From a virus: a stretch of 64,000 bases of DNA. Within the stretch, counting starts at the first letter, position 1. The number at the start of each line of letters is the position of its first letter. Shown here piece by piece: positions 19,133 to 29,870 of this stretch. Both the position numbers and the translations under genes were made by a program. The stretch covers positions 6,945 to 70,944 of IMG/VR virus record IMGVR_UViG_3300042914_002629; one strand, 5' to 3'. A model generated the notes under the pieces. It had not been told where the DNA came from. It saw only the letters and a list, made by a program, of their open reading frames with translations, and ran no database searches.

Positions 19133-19533
19133 GGGTCAAGGATCAGCTTAGGGTTTTTGCCGAAAATCACTTTGCCTATCGCCTGCCTGATAAATCGGGG
19201 ATCATAAAGTATTTCCATATCAGGCAGGCCGAGAAGCAAACCGGCAAAAAGCTGATGCCACCCGAGCCTTGGGTCCACCCCGCCGGAACCTACATTTGGG
19301 ACTGGTGGCAGGATATGCGACCCAAGGCCGGGAATGGATTTGGCCCCGCTGAAATAACCCCCGAACGAATTGTAGCGTGGACCCAACTTTACGGGCTGCG
19401 TCTATCCGGCTTTGAGGTAGATTGCCTCATGACGCTGGATAGGGTGTACCTGCGCTACATCAGCGACAGGGACGCGACCACCCCGCCCCCGGCGCCGCCG
19501 CCGGTCAATGTCACGGAAACCACACCGGCCTGA
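19120..19533 (+). CDS. tail assembly chaperone frameshift extension (gpGT-like) via -1 slip at AAATTTT
   Basis: Slippery heptamer at 19120-19126 just before the stop; the -1 frame is open to 19533 (YLRVKDQLRVFAENHF...WDWW...GFGPAEIT). Confidence 0.75.
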   Translation, partial: KFYLRVKDQLRVFAENHFAYRLPDKSGIIKYFHIRQAEKQTGKKLMPPEPWVHPAGTYIWDWWQDMRPKAGNGFGPAEITPERIVAWTQLYGLRLSGFEVDCLMTLDRVYLRYISDRDATTPPPAPPPVNVTETTPA

Positions 19534-19548
19534 GAGATTTGATCGCCC

Positions 19549-22500
19549 ATGGCCGACATCGCCCGCCTTGGATTCCAGATCGACACTTCCCCCATCACGG
19601 GGGCGACGGCCGCTATCCAGGGCATGGGCTCTGCCGCGGCCAAGGCCGGCGCCGACGTAGCGCAGGCACAGGCCAAGATCGCGGTGGCCGGCAAGCAAGT
19701 CGAGGCGGCCGAGCTGGGCGTGGCGGCGGCGACCAGCAAGGCGGCTGCCGAGGCGTCCAAAGCGGCGGTGGCGGCCACCGGAGAGCAGACCGCACAGGCG
19801 AAGCTGGCCCAGCAGCTCAAGCAAGTCGAGGCGGCAGAGGCGCGCCTGGCGGCCGAGACGGCGCGGGCGACCGCGGCGCAGGCGCAGGCACAGGCGCAGA
19901 TCGCCCGCACCAATGCCGCCCTCACCTCCCTGGCACAGTCGCAGAAGCGCGCCACCGAAGAGCTGGTCAATCTCAACCAGCAATTCGCCGCCCTGCGCGG
20001 CCCTGTCGACCAGCTCCGAACCGCGTTCGGCGTGCTCATGGCGGCCCTCGGCGTGAACAAGCTGATGGACACGGCCATGCAGCTCCAGCGCGTCGAGATG
20101 ACCTTGCGGTTCGTGACCGGCACCACCGAGGGCGCGCAGAAGGCGTTCGAGGATTTCTCGAAGCGCGCCGACATGATGGGCGTCGGCATTCTGGAGGCCG
20201 CCCCGGCGTTCGCGCAGTTCGCGGCTGCGGCCAAGGTCACGGGCTTGAGCCTGGCGCAGGCGTCCGACGTGTTCACGGGCGTTTCCTCGGCCATGCTGGT
20301 GATGGGCCGGTCGACCAACGACGTGCAGGGCGCCCTGTATGCGCTCCAGCAAATCCTGTCGAAAAACAAGGTCATGGCCGAGGAAGTCCGGCTCCAGTTC
20401 GGCGAGCGGCTTCCGGGCGGCCTGGCGCTGGCGGCGAAGGCGCTCGGCATGACTTCGGCCCAGTTCAACCAGGCCATGGAGTCCGGCACGCTGGACGCCA
20501 AGGAATTTGTCACCAAGGTGGGCGGCTACCTCAAGGATCAGTTCGCCCCCGACCTGGCCAATTCGACCGACAACGCCACCCGCAAGCTGTCCGAGCTGGA
20601 GAATGCGTGGCTCCATGTGCAGGAGTCGGTGATCAAGGGCGGCTTCGGCGACGCCATGATCAGCACCCTCACGCAGCTCACGGCTGCGCTTCAGAGCGGC
20701 CCGCTGGTGGCGGGCGCCACGGCGCTGGGCGCCGCCTTCGGTCTGCTGGCCCACAACCTCGACATCCTGTCGATCGCCGCGGGCGGCTTCATCGCGCTGA
20801 AGCTGTTCAACGTGTTCTCTGGATTGCAGCTTGTCCAGAATATGGCGACGGCCTTCCGCTTCGTGGGCGTTCAGGCGACCGCCGCGGCCTTCGCGGTGCG
20901 CGGCCTCGGGGCGGCCATGGCCTTCCTGAACAGCACGGCCGGCATCGCCACCCTGATCACGGCCGGCGTCGCGGCGTTCGTTATGCTGAACCGCGAGGTC
21001 GACTACGCCACCGACAACACGGGCCTCTATGCCAAGTCGCTGGAGCAGGCCAACACCCTGCTGGGATACATCCCGCACAACGCCCGGAGCGCGCAGCAGA
21101 GCATTTCTGACCTGACCGACGAAACGATCCGCGGTGCCCGAGCGACCGCGCAGGCGGCCCTGGATGAGGCGAACCGCAAGCTGCCGGGCGCCCGGCAGAA
21201 CATCGCCGATCTGGTGCAGCCCTTCGCGGTCGCCGCACGCAACAACATCAACCAGGCGCGGTCGCGCGGCCTGCCCCCGCGTCCCGAGTGGGCGGATAAC
21301 GCTGAATTCCTGGACAAGATCGTCAAGGATAAGGGGCCGCAGAGCATCGAAGAGATGCAAAAGCTGTTCGGCGTTATCCAGAACATGCGGGAAGAGTGGG
21401 TCAAACTCGGCAACGACCCCGGCATGTTCTCCACCCTCAACACCGGGCTGGTGGAAGCGAACAAGGGCTTTGAGCTGCAACAGAACACGGTCACCAACAA
21501 CACCGAGATCGTGTCCAAGTACGACTCCATGATCCGCCGGACGGCCGAGGGCATGGATGGGCTGTGGCGCGCGCAAAACCGCATGGAAGCCGGCCGGATG
21601 GGCGGCCCCGGCGCCATGGGCGATATCCAGTCCGGCATCAACGCGGTCACGGCCAAGGATTTCGCCAACGCCAACGGCGCCGCCAATGCGCTGAAGACCG
21701 GCGGCGTCGAGGGGCTGAAGGATTTCAATGCGGCGCTGAAGGAAACCAACGACGGCACGAAGGAAGCCGATCGGATCTTCAAGGCGTATCAGGCCACCAT
21801 CGGCATCACCGGAACCCAGGTCGCCACGGTCAGTGAGGCGCTGAACAGCAGCAACACCCGGCTCCGGCTGGCCGCGCAGGCGTCGCAGGTCGCCGCCCAG
21901 CAGCTCGCCAAGCTGAACGCCGAGACCGACAAAAACGAGAAGCTGGAGCAGGCGGCGGTTCGCATCCGCGACCAGGCCACGGGCGGCCTGTCGACGCTGA
22001 ACAAGCGGCTGCTGGAAGCCCAGCAGCTCTTGGCGTCGGGGCACATCACCCTGGCCGAATTCCGGGGCGAGCTGGACGACATCAACTCAGATGGCCTCGA
22101 CAAGTACCGGGCCGCCCTCCAAAACCACCAGAAGGACGTAGCCAACTCGATCAAGCTTCAGCTCATCGCCAATGCCACGCTGGCCGATGGCCTCACCAAC
22201 ATGGGCGCCGCCTTCGCTGGGATGCTCGGCACGGTGGAGACCGCCATGCAGGCGCTTCTGGCGCGCGGAGTGAAGGCCGGCGGCATCCTGGCCGCTGTCT
22301 CCATGGCGGCACAGGGCGCGATCGACTGGGCGCAATCCTTCCTGCCCGCGGCCTCGACCACCACGACCACGTCGTCGGTGGATCAGGTGCTCAAGGACAT
22401 GAAGGATATACAGGACAAGATCAATAGGGCGAAAGAGACGCCACAGGAGAAGGTTGAGCGGACCTATGCGAAGCAAAAGGGCGGGCTGCAAGAACAGATC

Positions 22501-24051
22501 GACGGCCAAAATCGCCTCGCCGCTGCGTATGCCAAGGGTTCCGATGCTGTTCGCCAGATTGAACAGGAGAATGCTCGGCTCGCCGCTATTCAGGAGCTAC
22601 AGGGCAAGAAATACACGCCCGACCAGATCAAGAGCCTCACGGACCTAATCAACACGCTCTACAAGGCGAAGGACGCCTCGGAAGCCCTCCGCACCGCCAT
22701 GAACGTGCGCGAGGGGATCGGCCGCGATGCCGAGGATGCCCAACTGTCCATCCGCATGGTCGGCGCGTCCGAACAGCAGGTAGCGGTTGAAACCCGCCTG
22801 CTGGACATCCGGCGCCAGCTTGAGGCGGCCGGCGCGTCCAAGGAAGATGCACTGGCCAAGGCCGAGAGTTTCCGCCCCTCGATCGAGGGCCTGGAAGAGA
22901 CCCGGCGCCACGCCAAGATGCTCCAGGAGTCCTTTGATGGTGTGGGAGCGTCCTTCACCACATTCCTCACCGATCTGACTGGCGGCACGAAGACCGCGAC
23001 CGAAAGCCTTCAAGGTCTGCTGGACAGCTTGCTCCAGCTCGCAAACCAGCAAATCCTGGCGCCCGCCCTCAAGACCGGCTTCTCGTACCTTGGCAAGATG
23101 GGGATGGACGCGCTCGGGATCAGCCTGCCCGGCAGCGACGCGGCCGACACCGGCGGCTTGCTCGACAAGACCACAGTCACCGCCACCACGGCCGTGATCA
23201 ATGTCCAGACCCTCGCGGCGCCGAGCGGCCTCGGCGGACTGCTGGGCGGCGGCATCCCAGATCGGCCGGACCTGGCGGCAAACCAGAACGCCCCCAAGGC
23301 GGGCATCGCGGGCGGCTCGGGCTTCCCGACACTGGGCGGCGGCGTGGGCAGCGACACGCTGGAGACCACCGGCGCGAAGCTGGCGGGCCAGGCGGCGACC
23401 TTCACCGATGGGTTCAGCAAGACCCTGAACGCCATCGGCATGGGGATGCAGCAGTCCGGCAGCGGCTTCCTGTCAGTGTTCGGCCAGGCGCTTCAAGGCA
23501 TCGTCCAGGGCCTCGGCGGCGGCAACGGCGGCGGCATCCTCGGGTCCATCGGCACGTTCGTGGTCGGCATGTTCGGCGGCGGCTCCACGCCGCCCGGCAT
23601 CGGCGCTCCGGGCACCGGCGGCAGCATGGCGGCGGCCTACCACACCGGCGGCATCGTGGGCACCTCCGGCGGCGCGCCGCGGCGCATGGCGATGTCCTGG
23701 GATGGCGCGCCGAAGCTGCACGGCGGCGGCATCATCGGACTTGCGCAGGATGAGGTGCGGGCCGTGCTGAAGCGCAAGGAAGAGGTGATCACCCCCGAAG
23801 ACGCGCGGCACACCCTGAACGGCGGCCGGTGGGCCTCCAACAGCAACACCCGCCCGGTGACCAACGTCGATGTACACAACTACTCCGGCCAAGAGACCAC
23901 GCAGACCCAAACCCCGAATTCGACCGGCGGCGTGGATGTGACCGTGATGATCGGCAAGGCTGTGGCCTCGGAAGCCGGCCGGCGCGGCTCGCCCGTGAAC
24001 AAGTCGCTGTCGCAGAACTACAACGCCTCCACCACACTTAGGACGCGCTGA
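19549..24051 (+). CDS. tail tape measure protein
   Basis: 1500 aa, Ala-rich helical; ALQQILSKNKVMAEEVRLQFGERLPG tape-measure domain; C-terminal YHTGG/LHGGG motifs. Confidence 0.93.
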   Translation: MADIARLGFQIDTSPITGATAAIQGMGSAAAKAGADVAQAQAKIAVAGKQVEAAELGVAAATSKAAAEASKAAVAATGEQTAQAKLAQQLKQVEAAEARLAAETARATAAQAQAQAQIARTNAALTSLAQSQKRATEELVNLNQQFAALRGPVDQLRTAFGVLMAALGVNKLMDTAMQLQRVEMTLRFVTGTTEGAQKAFEDFSKRADMMGVGILEAAPAFAQFAAAAKVTGLSLAQASDVFTGVSSAMLVMGRSTNDVQGALYALQQILSKNKVMAEEVRLQFGERLPGGLALAAKALGMTSAQFNQAMESGTLDAKEFVTKVGGYLKDQFAPDLANSTDNATRKLSELENAWLHVQESVIKGGFGDAMISTLTQLTAALQSGPLVAGATALGAAFGLLAHNLDILSIAAGGFIALKLFNVFSGLQLVQNMATAFRFVGVQATAAAFAVRGLGAAMAFLNSTAGIATLITAGVAAFVMLNREVDYATDNTGLYAKSLEQANTLLGYIPHNARSAQQSISDLTDETIRGARATAQAALDEANRKLPGARQNIADLVQPFAVAARNNINQARSRGLPPRPEWADNAEFLDKIVKDKGPQSIEEMQKLFGVIQNMREEWVKLGNDPGMFSTLNTGLVEANKGFELQQNTVTNNTEIVSKYDSMIRRTAEGMDGLWRAQNRMEAGRMGGPGAMGDIQSGINAVTAKDFANANGAANALKTGGVEGLKDFNAALKETNDGTKEADRIFKAYQATIGITGTQVATVSEALNSSNTRLRLAAQASQVAAQQLAKLNAETDKNEKLEQAAVRIRDQATGGLSTLNKRLLEAQQLLASGHITLAEFRGELDDINSDGLDKYRAALQNHQKDVANSIKLQLIANATLADGLTNMGAAFAGMLGTVETAMQALLARGVKAGGILAAVSMAAQGAIDWAQSFLPAASTTTTTSSVDQVLKDMKDIQDKINRAKETPQEKVERTYAKQKGGLQEQIDGQNRLAAAYAKGSDAVRQIEQENARLAAIQELQGKKYTPDQIKSLTDLINTLYKAKDASEALRTAMNVREGIGRDAEDAQLSIRMVGASEQQVAVETRLLDIRRQLEAAGASKEDALAKAESFRPSIEGLEETRRHAKMLQESFDGVGASFTTFLTDLTGGTKTATESLQGLLDSLLQLANQQILAPALKTGFSYLGKMGMDALGISLPGSDAADTGGLLDKTTVTATTAVINVQTLAAPSGLGGLLGGGIPDRPDLAANQNAPKAGIAGGSGFPTLGGGVGSDTLETTGAKLAGQAATFTDGFSKTLNAIGMGMQQSGSGFLSVFGQALQGIVQGLGGGNGGGILGSIGTFVVGMFGGGSTPPGIGAPGTGGSMAAAYHTGGIVGTSGGAPRRMAMSWDGAPKLHGGGIIGLAQDEVRAVLKRKEEVITPEDARHTLNGGRWASNSNTRPVTNVDVHNYSGQETTQTQTPNSTGGVDVTVMIGKAVASEAGRRGSPVNKSLSQNYNASTTLRTR

Positions 24052-24052
24052 C

Positions 24053-24478
24053 ATGCCCATCATGACCTGGGACGCTCGGCTTCCCCAACAGGTGATGGTG
24101 CCTGGATACGAAGAGTCCCCCGCCACCAACGTGGTCCGGTCGCAGCCCGGTCGCGGCCCGGCGATATCGCGCCCGCGCACCAGCTCCAACAGCTCGCCGC
24201 TGAAGTGTTCCGTCATCCTGCATCATTGGCAGACCCAGGTGCTCATGGATTTCCACCGGGTGACCCTGGCGAAGGGCCTGTGGCCGTTCCGGTTCCCGCA
24301 GCCGCGCCTGCACAACCAACCGCTCTTGGACGACAACCTCGATCCGATCCTTGCGGAGTCCGGCGACCAAATCCTGATCGGCGCCATGATCATCGTCATG
24401 ATGCCGACCGTGCCAAAGCTGGTGCCCATGACCCCGGTCACGTGGACTGCGGCCCTAGACCTTGAGGTAATGCCGTGA
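24053..24478 (+). CDS. distal tail protein (lambda gpM-like)
   Basis: Follows tape measure; TLAKGLWPFRFP motif. Confidence 0.7.
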   Translation: MPIMTWDARLPQQVMVPGYEESPATNVVRSQPGRGPAISRPRTSSNSSPLKCSVILHHWQTQVLMDFHRVTLAKGLWPFRFPQPRLHNQPLLDDNLDPILAESGDQILIGAMIIVMMPTVPKLVPMTPVTWTAALDLEVMP

Positions 24479-25002
24479 GCCGCGTCCTTTCGATCACGCT
24501 GCGCCAGGCCATCTTCGCCCAAACGACCGATCGCGTCGCGGCGGTGCTGATCACGTTCTTTCACCCGGATCTGGTGGAGCCGATCCGCATCTCGACCGAC
24601 CCGACGCAGCGCATCTCGGAAACGGAGCTGATCTACGGCACCATCAGCCGCGGCGACCAGTTCGTTTTCATCCCCGTGAATGCGATCTATCCCGATGATC
24701 AGGACGAGAGCGCGCCGCGGGCCAAGCTGTCGATGGACAATATCTCGCTGGCGGGCTTGCAAGAGGGCGTGTTCCGCGTTAGCGACCTGTTGCAGCTCGC
24801 CCCGACCCCGGCGGCGGTGCTCATTGAGGTGGTCCTGTCGAGCACGCCAGACCTTGTTGAGGTGGCCTGGGATGAGCTGATGATGACCCGAGCGACCTTC
24901 AATTTCGAGACCGTGGAGATCGAGATGTCGATGGACAATTTCGCCACGGAGCCGTTCCCCTCGGGCATGTTCACGCCCGGCAGCTTCCCGACCCTGTTCT
25001 GA
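24475..25002 (+). CDS. minor tail tip protein (DUF1833-like)
   Basis: ITFFHPDLVEPIR, PRAKLSMDNI and EPFP...FTPGSFPTLF motifs. Confidence 0.8.
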   Translation: MSRVLSITLRQAIFAQTTDRVAAVLITFFHPDLVEPIRISTDPTQRISETELIYGTISRGDQFVFIPVNAIYPDDQDESAPRAKLSMDNISLAGLQEGVFRVSDLLQLAPTPAAVLIEVVLSSTPDLVEVAWDELMMTRATFNFETVEIEMSMDNFATEPFPSGMFTPGSFPTLF

Positions 25003-25418
25003 TGGAACACTGGTCGACTCCCTTCCTCGGGCTGCCGTGGCTCGCTAAGGGCCGCAGCCGCGCAGGCGTGGACTGCTGGGGCTTGTGCTACCTGGCGAAC
25101 CTGGAAGGTCGCGGCGTCCGGCTGCCGACCTACGCCGAGACCTACGCCAGGCCGGAGGATTCCGAGCACCTGGCGGCGGTGATCGACGCCGAGCTGTCGG
25201 ATCTGGTGCATCCGATCGAGCCCGAAGCCGTCCAGACCTGGGATTTCATCTTGCTTCGCGAGGGCCATTGGCCGACGCATATCGGGCTGGTCACATCGCC
25301 GGGTAAATTCTTGCATATCGAGACCGACGACACCTCGCGGGTGCAGCGATATCTGGACAACGAATTCAAGCGGCGCGTCGTGGGCTTCTACCGCCTGACC
25401 GGAGGCGCCTGTGCTTGA
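25002..25418 (+). CDS. NlpC/P60 tail tip protein
   Basis: GLPWLAKGRSRAGVDCWGL, HIGL, FLH motifs. Confidence 0.88.
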   Translation: MEHWSTPFLGLPWLAKGRSRAGVDCWGLCYLANLEGRGVRLPTYAETYARPEDSEHLAAVIDAELSDLVHPIEPEAVQTWDFILLREGHWPTHIGLVTSPGKFLHIETDDTSRVQRYLDNEFKRRVVGFYRLTGGACA

Positions 25419-28400
25419 CCTGTACCAGAGCGACATGCTGGAAGCCGCGCTGCCGGACAGCATCCGCGTGGTGGCGCGCCGCAATCCCCTGATGATCGAG
25501 CGGGTGGAAATCCGCTGCCCTGTCGGCATGACCTTGGCCGAGATGGTGGCCACCTGTTTCGACGGGAAGATGGACCCGATCCTTCGGAGCCACGGCACCG
25601 CGAAGATCGGCGACCACGAAATCCCGTCGAACCTGTGGCATGTGGTCAAGCCCAAGCTGGGCGCCGATGTCAATTTCATGCTGGTGCCGCAGGGCGGCAT
25701 CGGCCGGACGCTCCTGGGGATCGCGCTGGTGGTGGCGGTGGCGTTCGCTGCCCCGTACCTGGCCGGCGCGCTGTTGCCCCTCACAGCCGCCGCTGCCGCC
25801 GCCGGGTCCGCTGCTGCCGCGGGCACCATGGCGGCCACCACGGCGCTGATCACGGCGGGGATCAGCTTCGCCGGAAACATGCTGCTGAATGCCCTGATCC
25901 CCATCAGGCAGCCTGCGCTGGCCTCCCGGCAGCAGTCGCAGACCTACTCCATCGGTGGCTCCCGGAATACCGCAAGCCCGTGGGGCGCCATCCCTGCGCT
26001 GCTGGGGCGCCATCGCGTGGCCCCGCTCTACGCGGCCAGGGCCTACACCGAAGCGTCCGGCAATGACCAGTGGCTCCGGCTGCTGTTCGTGTTCGGCTAT
26101 GGCCCCATCCGCATCGAAGACATCCTGATCGGCCAAACGTCGATCGCGGATTTCGATGATGTCCAGATGGAGATCAGGGAAGGGCTCCCCGGCGACGCGC
26201 CGATCACGCTCTACCCCGGCCAGGTGTTGGAACAGCAGCTCAACCTGGCGCTGCACGAAGGCTCGGCCCCGGTGGTCACGCGCAGCGACCCCGACGCCGA
26301 TGAGCTGTCCATTGACTGGACCTATCCCGGCGGGCTGGTCAAGATGTCGAGCAAGGGCAAGCCGAAAGAGACCAGCACCGTGATCACGGTGGAATACCGG
26401 CTGGTCGGCAACCTGACCTGGGTTAGCCTCGGCACGTTCGACATCAGCGAGTCCAAGCAAGAGCCCTTCCGCATCGGCAAGGTCTGGAGCGTCCCGCGCG
26501 GGCAATATGATGTCCGTCTCCAGAATATCGATGACCAGAGCGACACCCCCAACCCGATCTGGTCATCCCTGCGCACCATCCGCCATGAGGTGCCCTTCAC
26601 CTTCTCCAAGCCGCTGGCGCTGCTGGCGATGCGGATCAAGGCACAAGGCCAGCTCAACGGCGTGGTGGACACGCTGTCGGCCATCGCCACCTCCCGTTGC
26701 AAGGCGTGGAACGGCTCGGCGTGGATCGACAACGTCGAGACCAGCGCGCCGGCCGACCTGTACCGCTACGTTCTCCAGCACCCGGCCAACGCGCTGCCGC
26801 GATCGGACGCGCAGATCGACCTGCCCACCCTACAGGCGTGGAAGACCGACAACGTCGCCAAGGGCCTGGAATTCAACATGAACCGCGACGCCGCGGCTTC
26901 GGTGCTGGATACTCTGGCCGATGTCGCCGCCGCCGGGCGCGCGAGCCCGACCCGCCCCAACGGCAAATGGTCGGTGATTATCGACAAGCCGCAGGACGAG
27001 ATCGCGGACCTGTTCACGGAGCGCAACTCCTGGGATTTCCAGGTGGAGCGCAACTACCGCACCATCCCCGACGCCTGGCGCATCCGCTTCGTGGACCGCC
27101 AATACAACTGGAAGCAAGACGAACGGATCGTGTACCGCGAAGGGGTGACCCCCGAGGCGGCGACCGATTTCGAGGGGATCGAGCTGCGCGGCGTGACCGA
27201 CGCGGGCAAGCTGTGGACCGAAGGGCAGCGGCGGTTCCGCGAGCTGATCGTGCGGGCCGACACCTATTCGTTCTCGACCACCTGGGAAAGCCTGCGCGTC
27301 ACGCGCGGCGACCGGATCAAGGTCCAGTCGGATGTGACCCGCTGGGGCATCGCCGCCGGGCGCGTGAAGGATATCACCGGGACCATCATCGAGCTGGATG
27401 ATGAAGTCGAGATGGAGGCCGGACACACCTATTCGCTGCGGTGGCGCAACGGCATCACCGGCGCGTCTGTTGTGCTGGATGTAGTCAACCAGCCCGGCAA
27501 GCGCATGAGCGTCCGCGTGCTGGGCGCCGAGCGGCCGGCGGTGGGCGACATATGGATGTTCGGACTCCAGGCGTTCGAGAGCCACGACCTGATCATCAAA
27601 GCGATCGAGCCGGGCGAAGACCTGACCGCCAAGATCACCGCGGTGGACTACGGCCAGCCCTACATTGATGAGGCCGACGATCTGGTGCCGCCCGAGTGGG
27701 TTCCGCGCCAGCCGCTCCCCGATCGCAACGTGCCCGCGGTCCCGATCATCATCGGGGTCACCTCCGGCAACACATCGCAAGTGGTGGGCGACGACGGCAC
27801 GGTCTACTCGCCCGTTGGTGTGGGCCTGGCCGCCGGGCAGGGCGCCGAGACCCCCACGGCCGGTTTCCAGGTACGGCACCGCTACCAAGGCTCCACGCTG
27901 CCCTGGAAGGTGCAGGACGTGGCCGGCGGCGCCTACACCACCACGCTGGCGGGCTATGTCTTTGAAGACCTGATCGAGGTAAGCGCCCGCGCTCTGAGCC
28001 GCGATGGCGTGCCCTCGGCATGGACCGACCCGCCCGTGGACCACACGGTCGCCGCGCGCAGCGTGGTCCCGCCCAACCCCAACAGCCTCACGGTGGTGCG
28101 GCAGAATTCGGGGATGCGAACCTTCTCGTGGACCCTCGCCGACCCCGAGGGCGACGGGCCGCCGCCGGACCTGGCCGGCTACCGCATCCGGTCGCGCGCC
28201 GGCTCGGGCTGGACCTGGAACGACCTTACGCCCCTGAACGATGGGCTGCTGCTGTCGTCGCCCTACGAGACCGGGGCGCCTGGCGCCGCCGGCCCGTACA
28301 CCTTCGGCATCGCCGCCTACAACCGCTCCGGGCTGGTAAGTGCTGTGCCCTTCGTGGTCGACGTGACCCTAGGGCCTGGCGTCGCGCCGCCGGCTCCGAC

Positions 28401-29856
28401 CTTCTCGACGCCGAGCGGCCCGGTGGGCAGCGCCAACCCGTTTGTGTCCGGCACTGGCACCCCGCTTATCCAGGTCAAGCTGTATGCGGATGGCGTTCTG
28501 AACACCACCTCGCCGGCCACCATCACAGCGGACGCGGCTGGCAACTGGTCGGGCAGCTTGTCGGGCCTGGGCCTGGGCGTGCGCCAGATCACGGCGGTGC
28601 AGGTCGACTCCCTCGGCAATCCTTCCGGCCCGAGCCTGCCCATCTTCCTGAATGTCGGGTGGTTCGATCCCGACACCTCGGTTCATGTCGATTTCGTGGG
28701 CAAGCGGTATCGCATCGGCGGCACCGTGACCAACGTGGTTTCGGCGGCGGACTGGGCGGCGATCTTCACCACCATCACCACCTCGGCCACCATCGTGACG
28801 CAGGCCGATGGCTCGCTGCGCTCGATCGCGGCCAACACCCTACCGGTCTCCGACCTGGGGCTTGAGGTGTGGGAAGCGCGCACCAACCGCTGCACCAACT
28901 ACAACGCGGCTCCGACCACCGGCGCGCCTGGCAACGCCAATGCGACGCTGTCGGGCGACCCGGCGGCCACCCTCACCATGGTGACCGACACCACGAACCT
29001 TAACGCGGGGAAGCTTGCATCGCTGGTGACCGCCGGAATCCTCTCCGGCACGGTCTACCGGCTCAACAACACCACCGGCACGGCCGACGCCTTTGTGACA
29101 TTCGGGGGCACCGTATCCGGAACAGTCGCGCACCGCGGGTTCGTATGGGCGCGTGGTTCGGCGGGGCGGCTGGAGATCGGCGGCGTGTCGGTGGTGACCA
29201 TCGCGGCGGGCGGCACAACCTGGACGCGATACGAAGGGACGCGCACCCCGGCGGTGGGCACGGAACAGATGCGCGTCGCCGCCCCGGCCGGCGCCGACAT
29301 CTATTTCATCCTGAACCAGCTCGAAACCGGCGCGCACGCCTCGGCACCGATCGTGGTGGCGGGCGCCGCCGCGACGCGCAATGCCCCGCTGATCGTGCGG
29401 GCGCCAGGCGCGGACTTCAACGCGACCGAGGGCTATTTCGGGTGCAAGGCGCGGTCGGTCGCCAACTCGGCGAGCAACGGCACCATCATTCAGACCGGCC
29501 AGAGCAACGCCAACAGCGACCTTCACCTGTTGGGCTTCCTGACCACGGCGACCGTGCGCGGCCTCACCCAGGTGGGCGCTGTGACGCAGGCCAACCTGAC
29601 CGCGGCCTATACCGCGCCGACCGACACCCAGTTGGTGCTGGGCTACAAGCTGAATGATTTCGGCATGTCGAAGGATGGCGCCGCGGTCCTGACCGACACC
29701 AGCGGCACGGTCCCGAGCGGCACCCCGGTCACCATCAACATCAGCCGCAACACCGTGGCGGCCCTCAATGGCATCGTCCAATATGTCAAGTGGGGCGTGA
29801 CGAAGCCGGCGAATGCGGATATTCAACGTAAGGCCGGCTGGGTCGCCGCTGCCTAA
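25411..29856 (+). CDS. central tail fiber / host specificity protein (gpJ-like) with C-terminal FN3/Ig and lectin-like domains
   Basis: PWGAIPALLGRHR, FGYGP and GQYDVR tip-protein motifs; C-terminal GLEVWEARTN...QLETG module. Confidence 0.88.
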   Translation: MLDLYQSDMLEAALPDSIRVVARRNPLMIERVEIRCPVGMTLAEMVATCFDGKMDPILRSHGTAKIGDHEIPSNLWHVVKPKLGADVNFMLVPQGGIGRTLLGIALVVAVAFAAPYLAGALLPLTAAAAAAGSAAAAGTMAATTALITAGISFAGNMLLNALIPIRQPALASRQQSQTYSIGGSRNTASPWGAIPALLGRHRVAPLYAARAYTEASGNDQWLRLLFVFGYGPIRIEDILIGQTSIADFDDVQMEIREGLPGDAPITLYPGQVLEQQLNLALHEGSAPVVTRSDPDADELSIDWTYPGGLVKMSSKGKPKETSTVITVEYRLVGNLTWVSLGTFDISESKQEPFRIGKVWSVPRGQYDVRLQNIDDQSDTPNPIWSSLRTIRHEVPFTFSKPLALLAMRIKAQGQLNGVVDTLSAIATSRCKAWNGSAWIDNVETSAPADLYRYVLQHPANALPRSDAQIDLPTLQAWKTDNVAKGLEFNMNRDAAASVLDTLADVAAAGRASPTRPNGKWSVIIDKPQDEIADLFTERNSWDFQVERNYRTIPDAWRIRFVDRQYNWKQDERIVYREGVTPEAATDFEGIELRGVTDAGKLWTEGQRRFRELIVRADTYSFSTTWESLRVTRGDRIKVQSDVTRWGIAAGRVKDITGTIIELDDEVEMEAGHTYSLRWRNGITGASVVLDVVNQPGKRMSVRVLGAERPAVGDIWMFGLQAFESHDLIIKAIEPGEDLTAKITAVDYGQPYIDEADDLVPPEWVPRQPLPDRNVPAVPIIIGVTSGNTSQVVGDDGTVYSPVGVGLAAGQGAETPTAGFQVRHRYQGSTLPWKVQDVAGGAYTTTLAGYVFEDLIEVSARALSRDGVPSAWTDPPVDHTVAARSVVPPNPNSLTVVRQNSGMRTFSWTLADPEGDGPPPDLAGYRIRSRAGSGWTWNDLTPLNDGLLLSSPYETGAPGAAGPYTFGIAAYNRSGLVSAVPFVVDVTLGPGVAPPAPTFSTPSGPVGSANPFVSGTGTPLIQVKLYADGVLNTTSPATITADAAGNWSGSLSGLGLGVRQITAVQVDSLGNPSGPSLPIFLNVGWFDPDTSVHVDFVGKRYRIGGTVTNVVSAADWAAIFTTITTSATIVTQADGSLRSIAANTLPVSDLGLEVWEARTNRCTNYNAAPTTGAPGNANATLSGDPAATLTMVTDTTNLNAGKLASLVTAGILSGTVYRLNNTTGTADAFVTFGGTVSGTVAHRGFVWARGSAGRLEIGGVSVVTIAAGGTTWTRYEGTRTPAVGTEQMRVAAPAGADIYFILNQLETGAHASAPIVVAGAAATRNAPLIVRAPGADFNATEGYFGCKARSVANSASNGTIIQTGQSNANSDLHLLGFLTTATVRGLTQVGAVTQANLTAAYTAPTDTQLVLGYKLNDFGMSKDGAAVLTDTSGTVPSGTPVTINISRNTVAALNGIVQYVKWGVTKPANADIQRKAGWVAAA

Positions 29857-29870
29857 AGGGGAACGGAATT

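Noticed and set aside
19620-19910. GCGCAG/GCGGCC low-complexity repeats at the start of the tape measure gene
   Set aside because: Explained by Ala/Gln-rich coiled-coil coding.
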